From Euglena gracilis (taxonomy: Eukaryota): a stretch of DNA of 64,000 nucleotides. This document shows, one piece after another, positions 10,940 to 25,400 of the stretch. Numbering within the stretch: the first letter of the stretch is position 1; every line of letters starts with the position of its first letter. The notes under the pieces were generated by a model, which saw only the letters and a list, made by a program, of their open reading frames with translations, did no database searches and was not told the DNA's origin. The stretch covers positions 35,449,703-35,513,702 of the forward strand of contig CP154954.1 in NCBI GenBank assembly GCA_039621445.1. The letters run 5' to 3'. Made by a program: the position numbers and the translations under genes.

Positions 10940-13440
10940 CTCCAAGTCCGAACCGGCCGCATAGCCGGCAACGGACTTTTTGGTGGAATAGATGGAATTC
11001 AATGAGCGCACCGCCATTCGGGCCTCATTAAATTCCCCGTCCGAGGTCTCATCCCCCTCCCTGCCCGAAGCCGGGGTGTCCTCCTCCAAACAAGATATCT
11101 TGAAACCGACCTTTTGCCGGTTGGAGGAGTAACCACGGTCATCGTAGCCGGGCCGGGGGGAACGAGATCTGGGACATTTGGATGCGTGGTGATCTTTGGA
11201 ACCGCAAAGTGAACAACGGGATTTGTGGCGGGATTCCGCATAACGAGGGGAACGGTATTCCGTTCGACCGTCAAACCGTCGTGGTGAACGGATTTCCCGT
11301 CGACCATGACCGGTGTATCGGGACTTCCCCGTTGACTCGCGTGAAGAGGATGATCCACTTCGCGAACGAGATCGTGAAGAATCGCGATTGAAATCCCGTT
11401 TTCGGGCAGGAGGGCCAGGTGACCGACCGCGAGAAGGACGGGTTTCCCGACCATCTCGCGATGGTGACTTGGGCCTACTACCGCTAAAGTGGTTCTCCGA
11501 AGAACGTGAAACTCCCGATTGACGTGAAAACGCCGAGGAACCCGATCCCCGTGAGGAGGTCGAGCCCCTTGGGCTTCCAATACGCTTTCGCGCATCGGGA
11601 TTCGGGCATTCCCGAGACATGTGACCAGATTTGTTGCACAAAAAGCACAGTTTATCCGTGCCTTGGTCCGAGGTACGCTGATTCCGCGTTTTCGGTCCCG
11701 TGGTGGGTGATCTTGGTGACATGAGTGATTTTTGCAACGCATTAACCGCACCCGCAGGGATTCCCGCGGTGGGATGCGTTTGGAAAGCGGACTGTATTTG
11801 TCCCAAAACTTGTGTAAGCTTGAGTTGCTTTGACACATAATTCCAACGTTGGGCAAGAGTCATCTCATGCCCTGCCAACTCCTCGCGATGGATATCCTTC
11901 ACGAGGGATGGTGTGAAATGCAACAAAACCGCATCGAATTGTTCGCGCATTTGCTTCTCGCTAAGTTCATCAACTTCGGAAGCAAGTGCTAACCATTTGG
12001 CATACCAAAGGTCAATGGATTTCCATTTGCGATCCGATGGCGCGCTTTGTCGCCACTTCTTCTCCAGGGTAATCCTGGTGACCAAACTTGAATTGGTTGA
12101 AGCGTATTGCTCAACCAGGTCATCGAATGATACGCCATTACGTATCACCAAATTGCGTGCGCGTTCTCGCTCCTCCCTCGGTAGGCAATCGATGAATTCC
12201 ATCTTGACTACCTCGGGATTCGGGTCTTGGGTGGGTCCCTTTAGTGCTCAATAGTACTCCCAGTCCCCAAAAAATTGTCTCCATGTGGTTGGATCCCCGT
12301 CCCATTGGGGCTTCACCTTGTTCGCGATTGCGATGGTGCCCTTGAAGTCTCTCTGAGTAACCCGCTGACCCTCGGTGGTATTCCAGGGGTTTGGGTCAGG
12401 GTAATTCTTAACACCAAACGCGTTTCGCGGATTTTCCGCTCCATGTGTAACCCGTGCAGGATTTCCCGCACCAAGTGTAAGGTTAGCAGGATTTTCCTGC
12501 GGGATTTGCGAAAAATTTGGTGAAATTCTCCCGGTGGGGCGGGTTTCCCGCCGAAAACCCGATGGGTAATTCGGTAATCCAGACCCCGTTGGTGATTGGT
12601 ATGATCGCGAATGCGACACATGACCAATACCAGGTGTGGGGTGTTGGCTCATACCTCGTACAAGGTTGGAATGTTTAATTTCTTGGTGGAGACTCGAATT
12701 TTCCAGTGGGGGGTCAATTTCCTCATCGGAAATGTGTTGTGAAAAATGAGTTTGTGGTGTTGGCAAATGCAAAGGTGGTACAATTCGCGTTTTCGCGGGT
12801 GGTTGTACCAAATTCGCGGTGGATGTAGGGATTCCTACTCCGGAAATGGTAATTTGAGAACGCGATTCCGGGACATTTGGAATACCAACCGCAGCGCTTA
12901 CCGCGGTAGGTGGTGGCACAACCGGTACCGGAGGGGACATTTTATCCAGACTCGCGGACAAGTCATGCACCGTTTCTTCCAAATGTTCCACCAACTGGAG
13001 TTGGCCGCAAATACGGTCAACCTCATTCTCCAAATGCCTAATGCGTTTGCTGTAACGGGAAAAATCTTCCAAGTGTGGCAACTTTTCAGAAACCAAGTGT
13101 AATTCTTGGGCAAGATTTCCTTGGGACTCCTCCACATTCCGGAGTTGACCCGCAAGCGCTTTCACCGCATTTGAGACGGTTTGCAATTGGTGGAGTGACT
13201 TGGTGGGGGTTTCCACGGTGGTGCGCGAATTTTCCGCGGTTGGCTTTTCCAACAACGCAGAAAATCGTCCATCCAACCGAGAAACCTCATCTTGCATGGA
13301 TCGGGCATTCCGATTCACGCTTTCCTCAATTTGGAGCAAACTTGTACAAAATGCTTGCAAGGTTTCCTTGATGTCACCAGGCACTTTGTCATAAAATGAG
13401 CGAAATTCCGGTGACTCAGATATCCGAGCACGCGAAATGG
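10937..13440 (-). pseudogene. gag: gag of copy 1 (5'-truncated; in-frame TGA at 12248-12250)
   Basis: ORFs 12248..13576 and 10937..12202 are in the same frame. The TGA aligns with TGG (Trp) in copy 2. Zinc knuckles CFLCNKSGHMSREC and CSLCGSKDHHASKC. The N-terminal ~45 codons of the 13576 ORF are satellite-derived. Confidence 0.9.
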
Positions 13441-16400
13441 GTCGTGGTTTAATGTTAAGAAAAACATGCAGCCGGAAGGTTGGTTGCAAGAAATGAGCAG
13501 ATTTAGATGGGTGCATTCTACCATTCCGAGGGACATTTACCAGGTCAGCCCAGGTTACCATGTAAAAATGGACCAAACTGGGCCTTACTCCGAGTAACCG
13601 AATGGGTGTTCCAGGAGGCCTCCAAAGTCAGGGGAGCCGTTGGTTTCATGATTGTCGTGGTTTAATGGTAAGCAAAACATGCAGCGGGAAGGTTGGTTGC
13701 AAGAAATGAGCACATTTAGATGGGTTGCTTCGACCATTCCGGGGGACATTTACCAGGTCAGCCCAGGTTACCATGTAAAAATGGACGAAATTGGGCCTTA
13801 CTCCGAGTAACCGAATGGGTGTTCCAGGAGGCCTCCAAAGTCAGGGGACCCGTTGGTTTCATGATTGTCGTGGTTTAATGTTAAGAAAAACATGCAGCCG
13901 GAAGGTTGGTTGCAAGAAATGAGCACATTTAGATGGGTGCATTCGACCATTCCGGGGGACATTTACCAGGTCAGCCCAGGTTACCATGTAAAAATGGACC
14001 AAATTGGGCCTTACTCCGAGTTACCGAATGGGTGTTCCAGGAGGCCTCCAAAGTCAGGGGACCCGTTGGTTTCATGCTTGTTGTGGTTTAATGGTAAGAA
14101 AAACATGCAGCCGGAAGGTTGGTTGTAAGTAATGAGCAGATTTAGATGGGTGCATTCGACCATTCCGGGGGACATTTACCAGGTCAGCCCAGGTTACCAT
14201 GTAAAAATGGACCAAATTGGGCCTTACTCCGAGTAACCGAATGGGTGTTCCAGGACGCCTCCAACGTCAGGGGACCCGTTGGTTTCATGATTGGCGTGGT
14301 TTAATGGTAAGCAAAACATGCAGCCGGAAGGTTGGTTGCAAGAAATGAGCAGATTTAAATGGGTGCATTCGACCATTCCGGGGGACATTTACCAGGTCAG
14401 CCCAGGTTACCATGTAAAAATGGACCAAGTTGGGCCTTACTCCGAGTAACCGAATGGGTGTTCCAGGACGCCTCCAAAGTCAGGGGACCCGTTGGTTTCA
14501 TGATTGTCGTCGTTTAATGGTAAGAAATACATGCAGCCGGAAGGTTGGTTGCAAGAAATGAGCACATTTAGATGGGTGCATTCGACCATTCCGGGGGACA
14601 TTTACCAGGTCAGCCCAGGTTACCATGTAAAAATGGACCAAATTGGGCCTTACTCAGAGTAACCGAATGGGTGTTCCAGGAGGCCTCCAAAGTCAGGGGA
14701 CCCGTTGGTTTCACGATTGCCGTGGTTTAATGGTAAGAAAAACATGCAGCCGGAAGGTTGGTTGCAAGAAATGAGCAGATTTAGATGGGTGCATTCGACC
14801 TTTCCGGGGGACATTTACCAGGTCAGCCCAGGTTACCATGTAAAAATGGACCAAATTGGGCCTTACTCCGAGTAACCGAATGGGTGTTCCAGGAGGCCTC
14901 CAAAGTCAGGGGACCCGTTGGTTTCATGATTGTCGTGGTTTAATGTTAAGAAAAACATGCAGCCGGAAGGTTGGTTGCAAGAAATGAGCACATTTAGATG
15001 GGTTCATTCGACCATTCCGGGGGACACTTACCAGGTCAGCCCAGGTTACCATGTAAAAATGGACCAAATTGGGCCTTACTCCGAGTAACCGAATGGGTGT
15101 TCCAGGAGGCCTCCAAAGTCAGGGGACCCGTTGGTTTCACGATTGCCGTGGTTTAATGGTAAGAAAAACATGCAGCCGGAAGGTTGGTTGCAAGAAATGA
15201 GCAGATTTAGATGGGTGCATTCGACCATTCCGGGGGACATTTACCAGGTCAGCCCAGGTTACCATGTAAAAATGGACCAAATTGGGCCTTACTCCGAGTA
15301 ACCGAATGGGTGTTCCAGGACGCCTCCAAAGACAGGGGACCCGTTGGTTTCATGATTGTCGTGGTTTAATGGTAAGAAAAACATGCATCCGGAAGGTTGG
15401 TTTCAAGAAATGAGCACATTTAGATGGGTGCATTCGACCATTCTGGGGGACATTTACCAGGTCAGCCCAGGTTACCATGTAAAAATGGACCAAATTGGGC
15501 CTTACTCCGAGTAACCGAATGGGTGTTCCAGGAGGCCTCCGAAGTCAGGGGACCCGTTGGTTTCATGATTGTCGTGGTTTAATGGTAAGAAAAGCATGCA
15601 GCCGGAAGGTTGGTTGCAAGAAATGAGCAGATTTAGACGGGTTAATTCGACCATTCCGGGGGACATTTACCCGGTCAGCCCAGGTTACCATGTAAAAGTG
15701 GACCAAATTGGGCCTTACTCCGAGTAACCGAATGGGTGTTCCAGGAGGCCTCCAAAGTCAGGGGACCCGTTGGTTTCATGATTGTCGTGGTTTAATGGTA
15801 AGAAAAACATGCAGCCGGAAGGTTGGTTGCAAGAAATGAGCACATTTAGATGGGTGCATTCGACCATTCTGGGGGACATTTACCAGGTCAGCCCAGGTTA
15901 CCATGTAAAAATGGACCAAATTTGGCCTTACTCCGAGTAACCGAATAGGTTTTCCAGGAGGCCTCCAAAGTCAGGGGACCCGTTGGTTTCATGATTGTTG
16001 TGGTTTAATGGTAAGAAAAACATGCAGCGGGAATGTTGGTTGCAAGAAATGAGCAGAATTAGATGGGTGCATTCGACCATTCCGGGGGACATTTACCAGG
16101 TCAGCCCAGGTTACCATGTAAAAATGGACCAAATTGGGCCTTACTCCGAGTAACCGAATGGGTGTTCCAGGAGGCATCCAAAGTCAGGGGACCCGTTGGT
16201 TTCATGATTGTCGTGGTTTAATGGTAAGAAAAACATGCAGCCGGAAGGTTGGTCGCAAGGAATGAGCACATTTAGATGGGTGCATTCGACCATTCCGGGG
16301 GACATTTACCAGGTCAGCCCAGGTTACCATGCAAAAATGGACCAAATTGGGACTTACTCCGAGTAAGCGAATGGGTGTTCCAGGAGGCCTCCAAAGTCAG

Positions 16401-19400
16401 GGCACCCGTTGGTTTCATGATTGTCGTGGTTTAATGGTAAGAAAAACATGCAGCCAGAAGGTTGGTTGCAAGAAATGAGCAGGTTTAGATGGGTGCATTC
16501 GACCATTCCGGGGGACATTTACCAGGTCAGCCCAGGTTACCATGCAAAAATGGATCAAAATGAGCCTTACTCCGAGTTACCGAATGGGTGTTCCAGGAGG
16601 CCTCCAAAGTCAGGGGACCCGTTGGTTTCATGATTGTCGTGGTTTATTGATAAGAAAAACATGCAGCCGGAAGGTTGGTTGCAAGAAATGAGCAGATTTA
16701 GATGGGTGCATTCGGCCGTTCCGGGGGACATTTACCAGGTCAGCCCAGGTTACCATGTAAAAATGGACCAAATTGGGCCTTACTCCGAGTAACCGAATGG
16801 GTGTTCCAGGAGGCCTCCAAAGTCAGGGGACCCGTTGGTTTCATGATTGTCGTGGTTTAATGGTAAGAAAAATATGCGGCCAGAAGGTTGGTTGCAAGAC
16901 CTGAGCACATTTAGATGGGTGCATTCGACCATTCCGGGGGACATTTACCAGGTCAGCCCAGGTTACCATGTAAAAATGGACCAAATTGGGCCTTACTCCA
17001 AGAAGTAACCGAATGGGTGTTCCAGGAGGCCTCCAAAGTCAGGGGACCCATTGGTTTCATGATTGTCGTGGTTTAATGGTAAGAAAAACATGCAGCCGGA
17101 AGGTTGGTTGCAAGAAATGAGCACATTTAGATGGGTGCATTCGACCATTCTGGGGGACATTTACCAGGTCAGCCCAGGTTACCATGTAAAAATGGACCAA
17201 ATTGGGCCTTACTCCGAGTAACCGAATGGGTGTTCCAGGAGGCCTCCGAAGTCAGGGGACCCGTTGGTTTCATGATTGTCGTGGTTTAATGGTAAGAAAA
17301 GCATGCAGCCGGAAGGTTGGTTGCAAGAAATGAGCAGATTTAGACGGGTTAATTCGACCATTCCGGGGGACATTTACCCGGTCAGCCCAGGTTACCATGT
17401 AAAAGTGGACCAAATTGGGCCTTACTCCGAGTAACCGAATGGGTGTTCCAGGAGGCCTCCAAAGTCAGGGGACCCGTTGGTTTCATGATTGTCGTGGTTT
17501 AATGGTAAGAAAAACATGCAGCCGGAAGGTTGGTTGCAAGAAATGAGCACATTTAGATGGGTGCATTCGACCATTCTGGGGGACATTTACCAGGTCAGCC
17601 CAGGTTACCATGTAAAAATGGACCAAATTGGGCCTTACTCCGAGTAACCGAATAGGTTTTCCAGGAGGCCTCCAAAGTCAGGGGACCCGTTGGTTTCATG
17701 ATTGTTGTGGTTTAATGGTAAGAAAAACATGCAGCGGGAATGTTGGTTGCAAGAAATGAGCAGAATTAGATGGGTGCATTCGACCATTCCGGGGGACATT
17801 TACCAGGTCAGCCCAGGTTACCATGTAAAAATGGACCAAATTGGGCCTTACTCCGAGTAACCGAATGGGTGTTCCAGGAGGCATCCAAAGTCAGGGGACC
17901 CGTTGGTTTCATGATTGTCGTGGTTTAATGGTAAGAAAAACATGCAGCCGGAAGGTTGGTCGCAAGGAATGAGCACATTTAGATGGGTGCATTCGACCAT
18001 TCCGGGGGACATTTACCAGGTCAGCCCAGGTTACCATGCAAAAATGGACCAAATTGGGACTTACTCCGAGTAAGCGAATGGGTGTTCCAGGAGGCCTCCA
18101 AAGTCAGGGCACCCGTTGGTTTCATGATTGTCGTGGTTTAATGGTAAGAAAAACATGCAGCCGGAAGGTTGGTTGCAAGAAATGAGCAGATTTAGATGGG
18201 TGCATTCGGCCGTTCCGGGGGACATTTACCAGGTCAGCCCAGGTTACCATGTAAAAATGGACCAAATTGGGCCTTACTCCGAGTAACCGAATGGGTGTTC
18301 CAGGAGGCCTCCAAAGTCAGGGGACCCGTTGGTTTCATGATTGTCGTGGTTTAATGGTAAGAAAAACATGCAGCCAGAAGGTTGGTTGCAAGAAATGAGC
18401 AGGTTTAGATGGGTGCATTCGACCATTCCGGGGGACATTTACCAGGTCAGCCCAGGTTACCATGCAAAAATGGATCAAAATGGGCCTTACTCCGAGTTAC
18501 CGAATGGGTGTTCCAGGAGGCCTCCAAAGTCAGGGGACCCGTTGGTTTCATGATTGTCGTGGTTTATTGATAAGAAAAACATGCAGCCGGAAGGTTGGTT
18601 GCAAGAAATGAGCAGATTTAGATGGGTGCATTCGGCCGTTCCGGGGGACATTTACCAGGTCAGCCCAGGTTACCATGTAAAAATGGACCAAATTGGGCCT
18701 TACTCCGAGTAACCGAATGGGTGTTCCAGGAGGCCTCCAAAGTCAGGGGACCCGTTGGTTTCATGATTGTCGTGGTTTAATGGTAAGAAAAATATGCAGC
18801 CAGAAGGTTGGTTGCAAGACCTGAGCACATTTAGATGGGTGCATTCGACCATTCCGGGGGACATTTACCAGGTCAGCCCAGGTTACCATGTAAAAATGGA
18901 CCAAATTGGGCCTTACTCCAAGAAGTAACCGAATGGGTGTTCCAGGATGCCTCCAAAGTCAGGGGACCCATTGGTTTCATGATTGTCGTGGTTTAATGGT
19001 AAGAAAAACATGCAGCCGGAAGGTTGGTTCCGGCTGCATGGTTGCAAGAAATGAGCATATTTAGATGGGTGCATTCGACCATTCCGGGGGACATTTACCA
19101 GGTCAGCCCAGGTTACCATGTAAAAATGGACCAAATTGGGCCTTACTCCGAGTAACCGAATGGGTGTTCCAGGAGGCCTCCAAAGTCAGGAGACCCGTTG
19201 GGTTCATGATTGTCGTGGTTTAATGGTAAGAAAAACATGCAGCCGGAAGATTGTTTGCAAGAAATGAGCAGATTTAGGTGGGTGCATTCGGCCGTTCCGG
19301 GGGACATTTACCAGGTCAGCCCAGGTTACCATGTAAAAATGGACCAAATTGGGCCTTACTCCGAGTAACCGAATGGGTGTTCCAGGAGGCCTCCAAAGTC

Positions 19401-22400
19401 AGGGGACCCGTTGGTTTCATGATTGCCGTGGTTTAATGGTAAGAAAAACATGCAGCCGGAATGTTGGTTGCAAGAAATGAGCAGATTTAGATGGGTGCAT
19501 TCGACCATTCCGGGGGACATTTACCAGGTCAGCCCAGGTTACCATGCAAAAATGGACCAAAATGGGTCTTACTCCGAGTTACCGAATGGGTGTTCCAGGA
19601 GGCCTCCAAAGTCAGGGGACCCGTTGGTTTCATGATTGTCGTGGTTTAATGGTAAGAAAATAATGCAGCCAGAAGGTTGGTTGCAAGAAAGGAGCAGATT
19701 TAGATGGGTGCATTCGACCATTCCGGGGGACGTTTACCAGGTCAACCCAGGTTACCATGTAAAAATGGACCAAATTGGGCCTTACTCCGAGTAACCGAAT
19801 GGGTGTTCCAGGAGGCCTCCAAAGTCAGGGGACCCGTTGGTTTCATGATTGTCGTGGTTTAATGGTAAGAAAAACATGCAGCCGGAAGGTTGGTTGCAAG
19901 AACTGAGCACATTTAGATGGGTGCATTCGACCGTTCCGGGGGACATTTACCAGGTCAGCCCAGGTTACCAGGTATAAATGGACCAAATTGGGCCTTACTC
20001 CGAGTAACCGAATGGGTGTTCCAGGAGGCCTCCAAAGTCAGGGGACCCGTTGGTTTCATGATTGTCGTGGTTTAATGGTAAGAAAAACATGAAGCGGGAA
20101 TGTTGGTTGCAAGAACTGAGCAAATTTAGATGGGTGCATTCGACCGTTCCGGGGGACATTTACCAGGTCAGCCCAGGTTACCAGGTATAATCAGACCAAA
20201 TTGGGTCTTACTCCGAGTAACCGAATGGGTGTTCCAGGAGGCCTCCAAAGTCAGTGGACCCGTTGGTTTCATGATTGTCGTGGTTTAATGGTAAGAAAAA
20301 CATGCAGCGGGATTGTTGGTTGCAAGAAATGAGCAGATTTAGATGGGTGCATTCGACCATTCCGGGGGACATTTACCAGGTCAGCCCAGGTTACCGTGCA
20401 AAAATGGACCAAATTGGGCCTTACTCCGAGTAACCGAATGGGTGTTCCAGGAGGCCTCCAAAGTCAAGGGACCCGTTGGTTTCATGATTGTCGTGGTTTA
20501 ATGGTAGAAAAAACATTCAGCGGGACTGTTGGTTGCAAGAAATGAGCAGATTTAGATGGGTGCATTCGACCATTCCGGGGGACATTTACCAGGTCAGCCC
20601 AGGTTACCATGTAAAAATGGACCAAATTGGGCCTTACTCCGAGTTACCGAATGGGTGTTCCAGGAGGCCTCCAAAGTCAGGGGACCCGTTGGTTTCATGA
20701 TTGTCGTGGTTTAATGGTAAAAAAAAGATGCAGCGCGAATGTTGGTTGCAAGAAATGAGCAGATTTAGATGGGTGCATTCGACCATTCCGGGGGACATTT
20801 ACCAGGTCAGCCCAGGTTACCATGTAAAAATGGACCAAATTGGGCCTTACTCAGAGTCACCGAATGGGTGCTCCAGGAGGCCTCCAAAGTCCAGGGGACC
20901 CGTTGGTTTCATGATTGTCGTGGTTTAATGGTAAGAAAAACATGCACCGGGAATGTTGGTTGCAAGAAATGAGCAGATTTAGATGGGTGCGTTCGACCAT
21001 TCCGGGGGACATTTACCAGGTCAGCCCAGGTTACCATGTAAAAATGGACCAAATTGGGCCTTACTCCGAGTAACCGAACGGGTGTTCCAGGAGGCCTCCA
21101 AAGTCCAGGGGACCCGTTGGTTTCATGATTGTCGTGGTTTAATTGTAAGAAAAACATGCACCGGGAATGTTGGTTGCAAGAAATGAGCAGATTTAGATGG
21201 GTGCATTCGACCATTCCGGGGGACACTTACCAGGTCAGCCCAGGTTACCATGCAAAAATGGACCAAAATGGGTCTTACTCCGAGGAACCGAATGGGTGTT
21301 CCAGGAGGCCTCCAAAGTCAGGGGACCCGTTGGTTTCATGATTGTCGTGGTTTAATGGTAAGAAAATAATGCAGCCAGAAGGTTGGTTGCAAGAAAGGAG
21401 CAGATTTAGATGGGTGCATTCGACCATTCCGGGGGACGTTTACCAGGTCAACCCAGGTTACCATGTAAAAATGGACCAAATTGGGCCTTACTCCGAGTAA
21501 CCGAATGGGTGTTCCAGGAGGCCTCCAAAGTCAGGGGACCCGTTGGTTTCATGATTGTCGTGTTTTAATGGTAAGAAAAACATGCAGCCGGAAGGTTGGT
21601 TGCAAGAACTGAGCACATTTAGATGGGTGCATTCGACCGTTCCGGGGGACATTTACCAGGTCAGCCCAGGTTACCAGGTATAAATGGACCAAATTGGGCC
21701 TTACTCCGAGTAACCGAATGGGTGTTCCAGGAGGCCTCCAAAGTCAGGGGACCCGTTGGTTTCATGATTGTCGTGGTTTAATGGTAAGAAAAACATGAAG
21801 CGGGAATGTTGGTTGCAAGAACTGAGCAAATTTAGATGGGTGCATTCGACCGTTCCGGGGGACATTTACCAGGTCAGCCCAGGTTACCAGGTATAAATGG
21901 ACCAAATTGGGTCTTACTCCGAGTAACCGAATGGGTGTTCCAGGAGGCCTCCAAAGTCAGTGGACCCGTTGGTTTCATGATTGTCGTGGTTTAATGGTAA
22001 GAAAAACATGCAGCGGGATTGTTGGTTGCAAGAAATGAGCAGATTTAGATGGGTGCATTCGACCATTCCGGGGGACATTTACCAGGTCAGCCCAGGTTAC
22101 CGTGCAAAAATGGACCAAATTGGGCCTTACTCCGAGTAACCGAATGGGTGTTCCAGGAGGCCTCCAAAGTCAGGGGACCCGTTGGTTTCATGATTGTCGT
22201 GGTTTAATGGTAGAAAAAACATTCAGCGGGACTGTTGGTTGCAAGAAATGAGCAGATTTAGATGGGTGCATTCGACCATTCCGGGGGACATTTACCAGGT
22301 CAGCCCAGGTTACCATGTAAAAATGGACCAAATTGGGCCTTACTCCGAGTTACCGAATGGGTGTTCCAGGAGGCCTCCAAAGTCAGGGGACCCGTTGGTT

Positions 22401-25400
22401 TCATGATTGTCGTGGTTTAATGGTAAAAAAAAGATGCAGCGCGAATGTTGGTTGCAAGAAATGAGCAGATTTAGATGGGTGCATTCGACCATTCCGGGGG
22501 ACATTTACCAGGTCAGCCCAGGTTACCATGTAAAAATGGACCAAATTGGGCCTTACTCAGAGTCACCGAATGGGTGCTCCAGGAGGCCTCCAAAGTCCAG
22601 GGGACCCGTTGGTTTCATGATTGTCGTGGTTTAATGGTAAGAAAAACATGCACCGGGAATGTTGGTTGCAAGAAATGAGCAGATTTAGATGGGTGCGTTC
22701 GACCATTCCGGGGGACATTTACCAGGTCAGCCCAGGTTACCATGTAAAAATGGACCAAATTGGGCCTTACTCCGAGTTACCGAACGGGTGTTCCAGGAGG
22801 CCTCCAAAGTCCAGGGGACCCGTTGGTTTCATGATTGTCGTGGTTTAATGGTAAGAAAAACATGCACCGGGAATGTTGGTTGCAAGAAATGAGCAGACTT
22901 AGATGGGTGCATTCGACCATTCCGGGGGACATTTACCAGGTCAGCCCAGGTTACCATGTAAAAATGGACCAAATTGGGCCTTACTCCGAGTTACCGAATG
23001 GGTGTTCCAGGAGGCCTCCAAAGTCAGGGGACCCGTTGGTTTCATGATTGTCGTGGTTTAATGGTAAGAAAACATGCACCGGGAATGTTGGTTGCAAGAA
23101 ATGAGCAGATTTAGATGGGTGCATTCGACCATTCCGGGGGACATTTACCAGGTCAGCCCAGGTTACCATGTAAAAATGGACCAAATTGGGCCTTACTCCG
23201 AGTTACCGAATGGGTGTTCCAGGAGGCCTCCAAAGTCAGGGGACCCGTTGGTTTCATGATTGTCGTGGTTTAATGGTAAGAAAAACATGCAGCCGGAAGG
23301 TTGGTTGCAAGAAATGAGCAGATTTAGATGGGTGCATTCGACCATTCCGGGGGACATTTACCAGGTCAGCCCAGGTTACCATGTAAAAATGGACCAAATT
23401 GGGCCTTACTCCGAGTTACCGAATGGGTGTTCCAGGAGGCCTCCAAAGTCAGGGGACCCGTTGGTTTCATGATTGTCGTGGTTTAACGGTAAGAAAAACA
23501 TGCAGCGGGAATGTTGGTTGCAAGAAATGAGCAGATTTAGATGGGTGCATTCGACCATTCCGGGGGACATTTACCAGGTCAGCCCAGGTTACCATGTATA
23601 AATGGACCAAATTGGGCCTTACTCAGAGTCACCGAATGGGTGCTCCAGGAGGCCTCCAAAGTCCAGGGGACCCGTTGGTTTCATGATTGTCGTGGTTTAA
23701 TGGTAAGAAAAACGTGCAGCGGGAATGTTGGTTGCAAGAAATGAGCAGATTTAGATGGGTGCGTTCGACCATTCCGGGGGACATTTACCAGGTCAGCCCA
23801 GGTTACCATGTAAAAATGGACCAAATTGGGCCTTACTCCGAGTTACCGAATGGGTGTTCCAGGAGGCCTCCAAAGTCAGGGGACCCGTTGGTTTCATGAT
23901 TGTCGTGGTTTAATGGTAAGAAAAACATGCAGCGGGAATGTTGGTTGCAAGAAAGGAGCAGATTTAGATGGGTGCATTCGACCATTCCGGGGGACATTTA
24001 CCAGGTCAGCCCAGGTTACCATGTAAAAAAGGACCAAAATGGGCCTTACTCCGAGTAACCGAATGGGTGTTCCAGGAGGCCTCCAAAGTCAGGGGACCCG
24101 TTGGTTTCATGATTGTCGTGGTTTAATGGTAAGAAAAACATGCACCGGGAATGTTGGTTGCAAGAAATGAGCAGATTTAGATGGGTGCGTTCGACCATTC
24201 CGGGGGACATTTACCAGGTCAGCCCAGGTTACCATGTAAAAATGGACCAAATTGGGCCTTACTCAGAGTCACCGAATGGGTGCTCCAGGAGGCCTCCAAA
24301 GTCCAGGGGACCCGTTGGTTTCATGATTGTCGTGGTTTAATGGTAAGAAAAACATGCACCGGGAATGTTGGTTGCAAGAAATGAGCAGATTTAGATGGGT
24401 GCGTTCGACCATTCCGGGGGACATTTACCAGGTCAGCCCAGGTTACCATGTAAAAATGGACCAAATTGGGCCTTACTCCGAGTTACCGAATGGGTGTTCC
24501 AGGAGGCCTCCAAAGTCCAGGGGACCCGTTGGTTTCATGATTGTCGTGGTTTAATGGTAAAAAAAACATGCACCGGGAATGTTGGTTGCAAGAAATGAGC
24601 AGATTTAGATGGGTGCATTCGACCATTCCGGGGGACATTTACCAGGTCAGCCCAGGTTACCATGTAAAATGGACCAAATTGGGCCTTACTCCGAGTTACC
24701 GAATGGGTGTTCCAGGAGGCCTCCAAAGTCAGGGGACCCGTTGGTTTCATGATTGTCGTGGTTTAATGGTAAGAAAAACATGCAGCGGGAATGTTGGTTG
24801 CAAGAAATGAGCAGATTTAGATGGGTGCATTCGACCATTCCGGGGGACATTTACCAGGTCAGCCCAGGTTACCATGTAAAAATGGACCAAATTGGGCCTT
24901 ACTCCGAGTTACCGAATGGGTGTTCCAGGAGGCCTCCAAAGTCAGGGGACCCGTTGGTTTCATGATTGTCGTGGTTTAATGGTAAGAAAAACATGCAGCC
25001 GGAAGGTTGGTTGCAAGAAATGAGCAGATTTAGATGGGTGCATTCGACCATTCCGGGGGACATTTACCAGGTCAGCCCAGGTTACCATGTAAAAATGGAC
25101 CAAATTGGGCCTTACTCCGAGTTACCGAATGGGTGTTCCAGGAGGCCTCCAAAGTCAGGGGACCCGTTGGTTTCATGATTGTCGTGGTTTAACGGTAAGA
25201 CCAAACATGCAGCGGGAATGTTGGTTGCAAGAAATGAGCAGATTTAGATGGGTGCATTCGACCATTCCGGGGGACATTTACCAGGTCAGCCCAGGTTACC
25301 ATGTAAAATGGACCAAATTGGGCCTTACTCAGAGTCACCGAATCGGTGCTCCAGGAGGCCTCCAAAGTCCAGGGGACCCGTTGGTTTCATGATTGTCGTG

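Larger units (their letters stand above)
1716..13440 (-). mobile_element. Ty3/gypsy chromodomain retrotransposon, copy 1; truncated at both ends, no LTRs
   Basis: Domain order Gag(CCHC)-PR-RT-RNaseH-IN-chromodomain on the minus strand. Colinear with and highly similar to copy 2 from ~5945 to 13440. Both ends abut satellite directly. Confidence 0.95.

Noticed and set aside
13441-13576. Satellite-supplied ATG fused in frame to gag (ORF 12248..13576)
   Set aside because: A chance junction product. It hits a premature TGA at 12248, and there is no evidence of expression.
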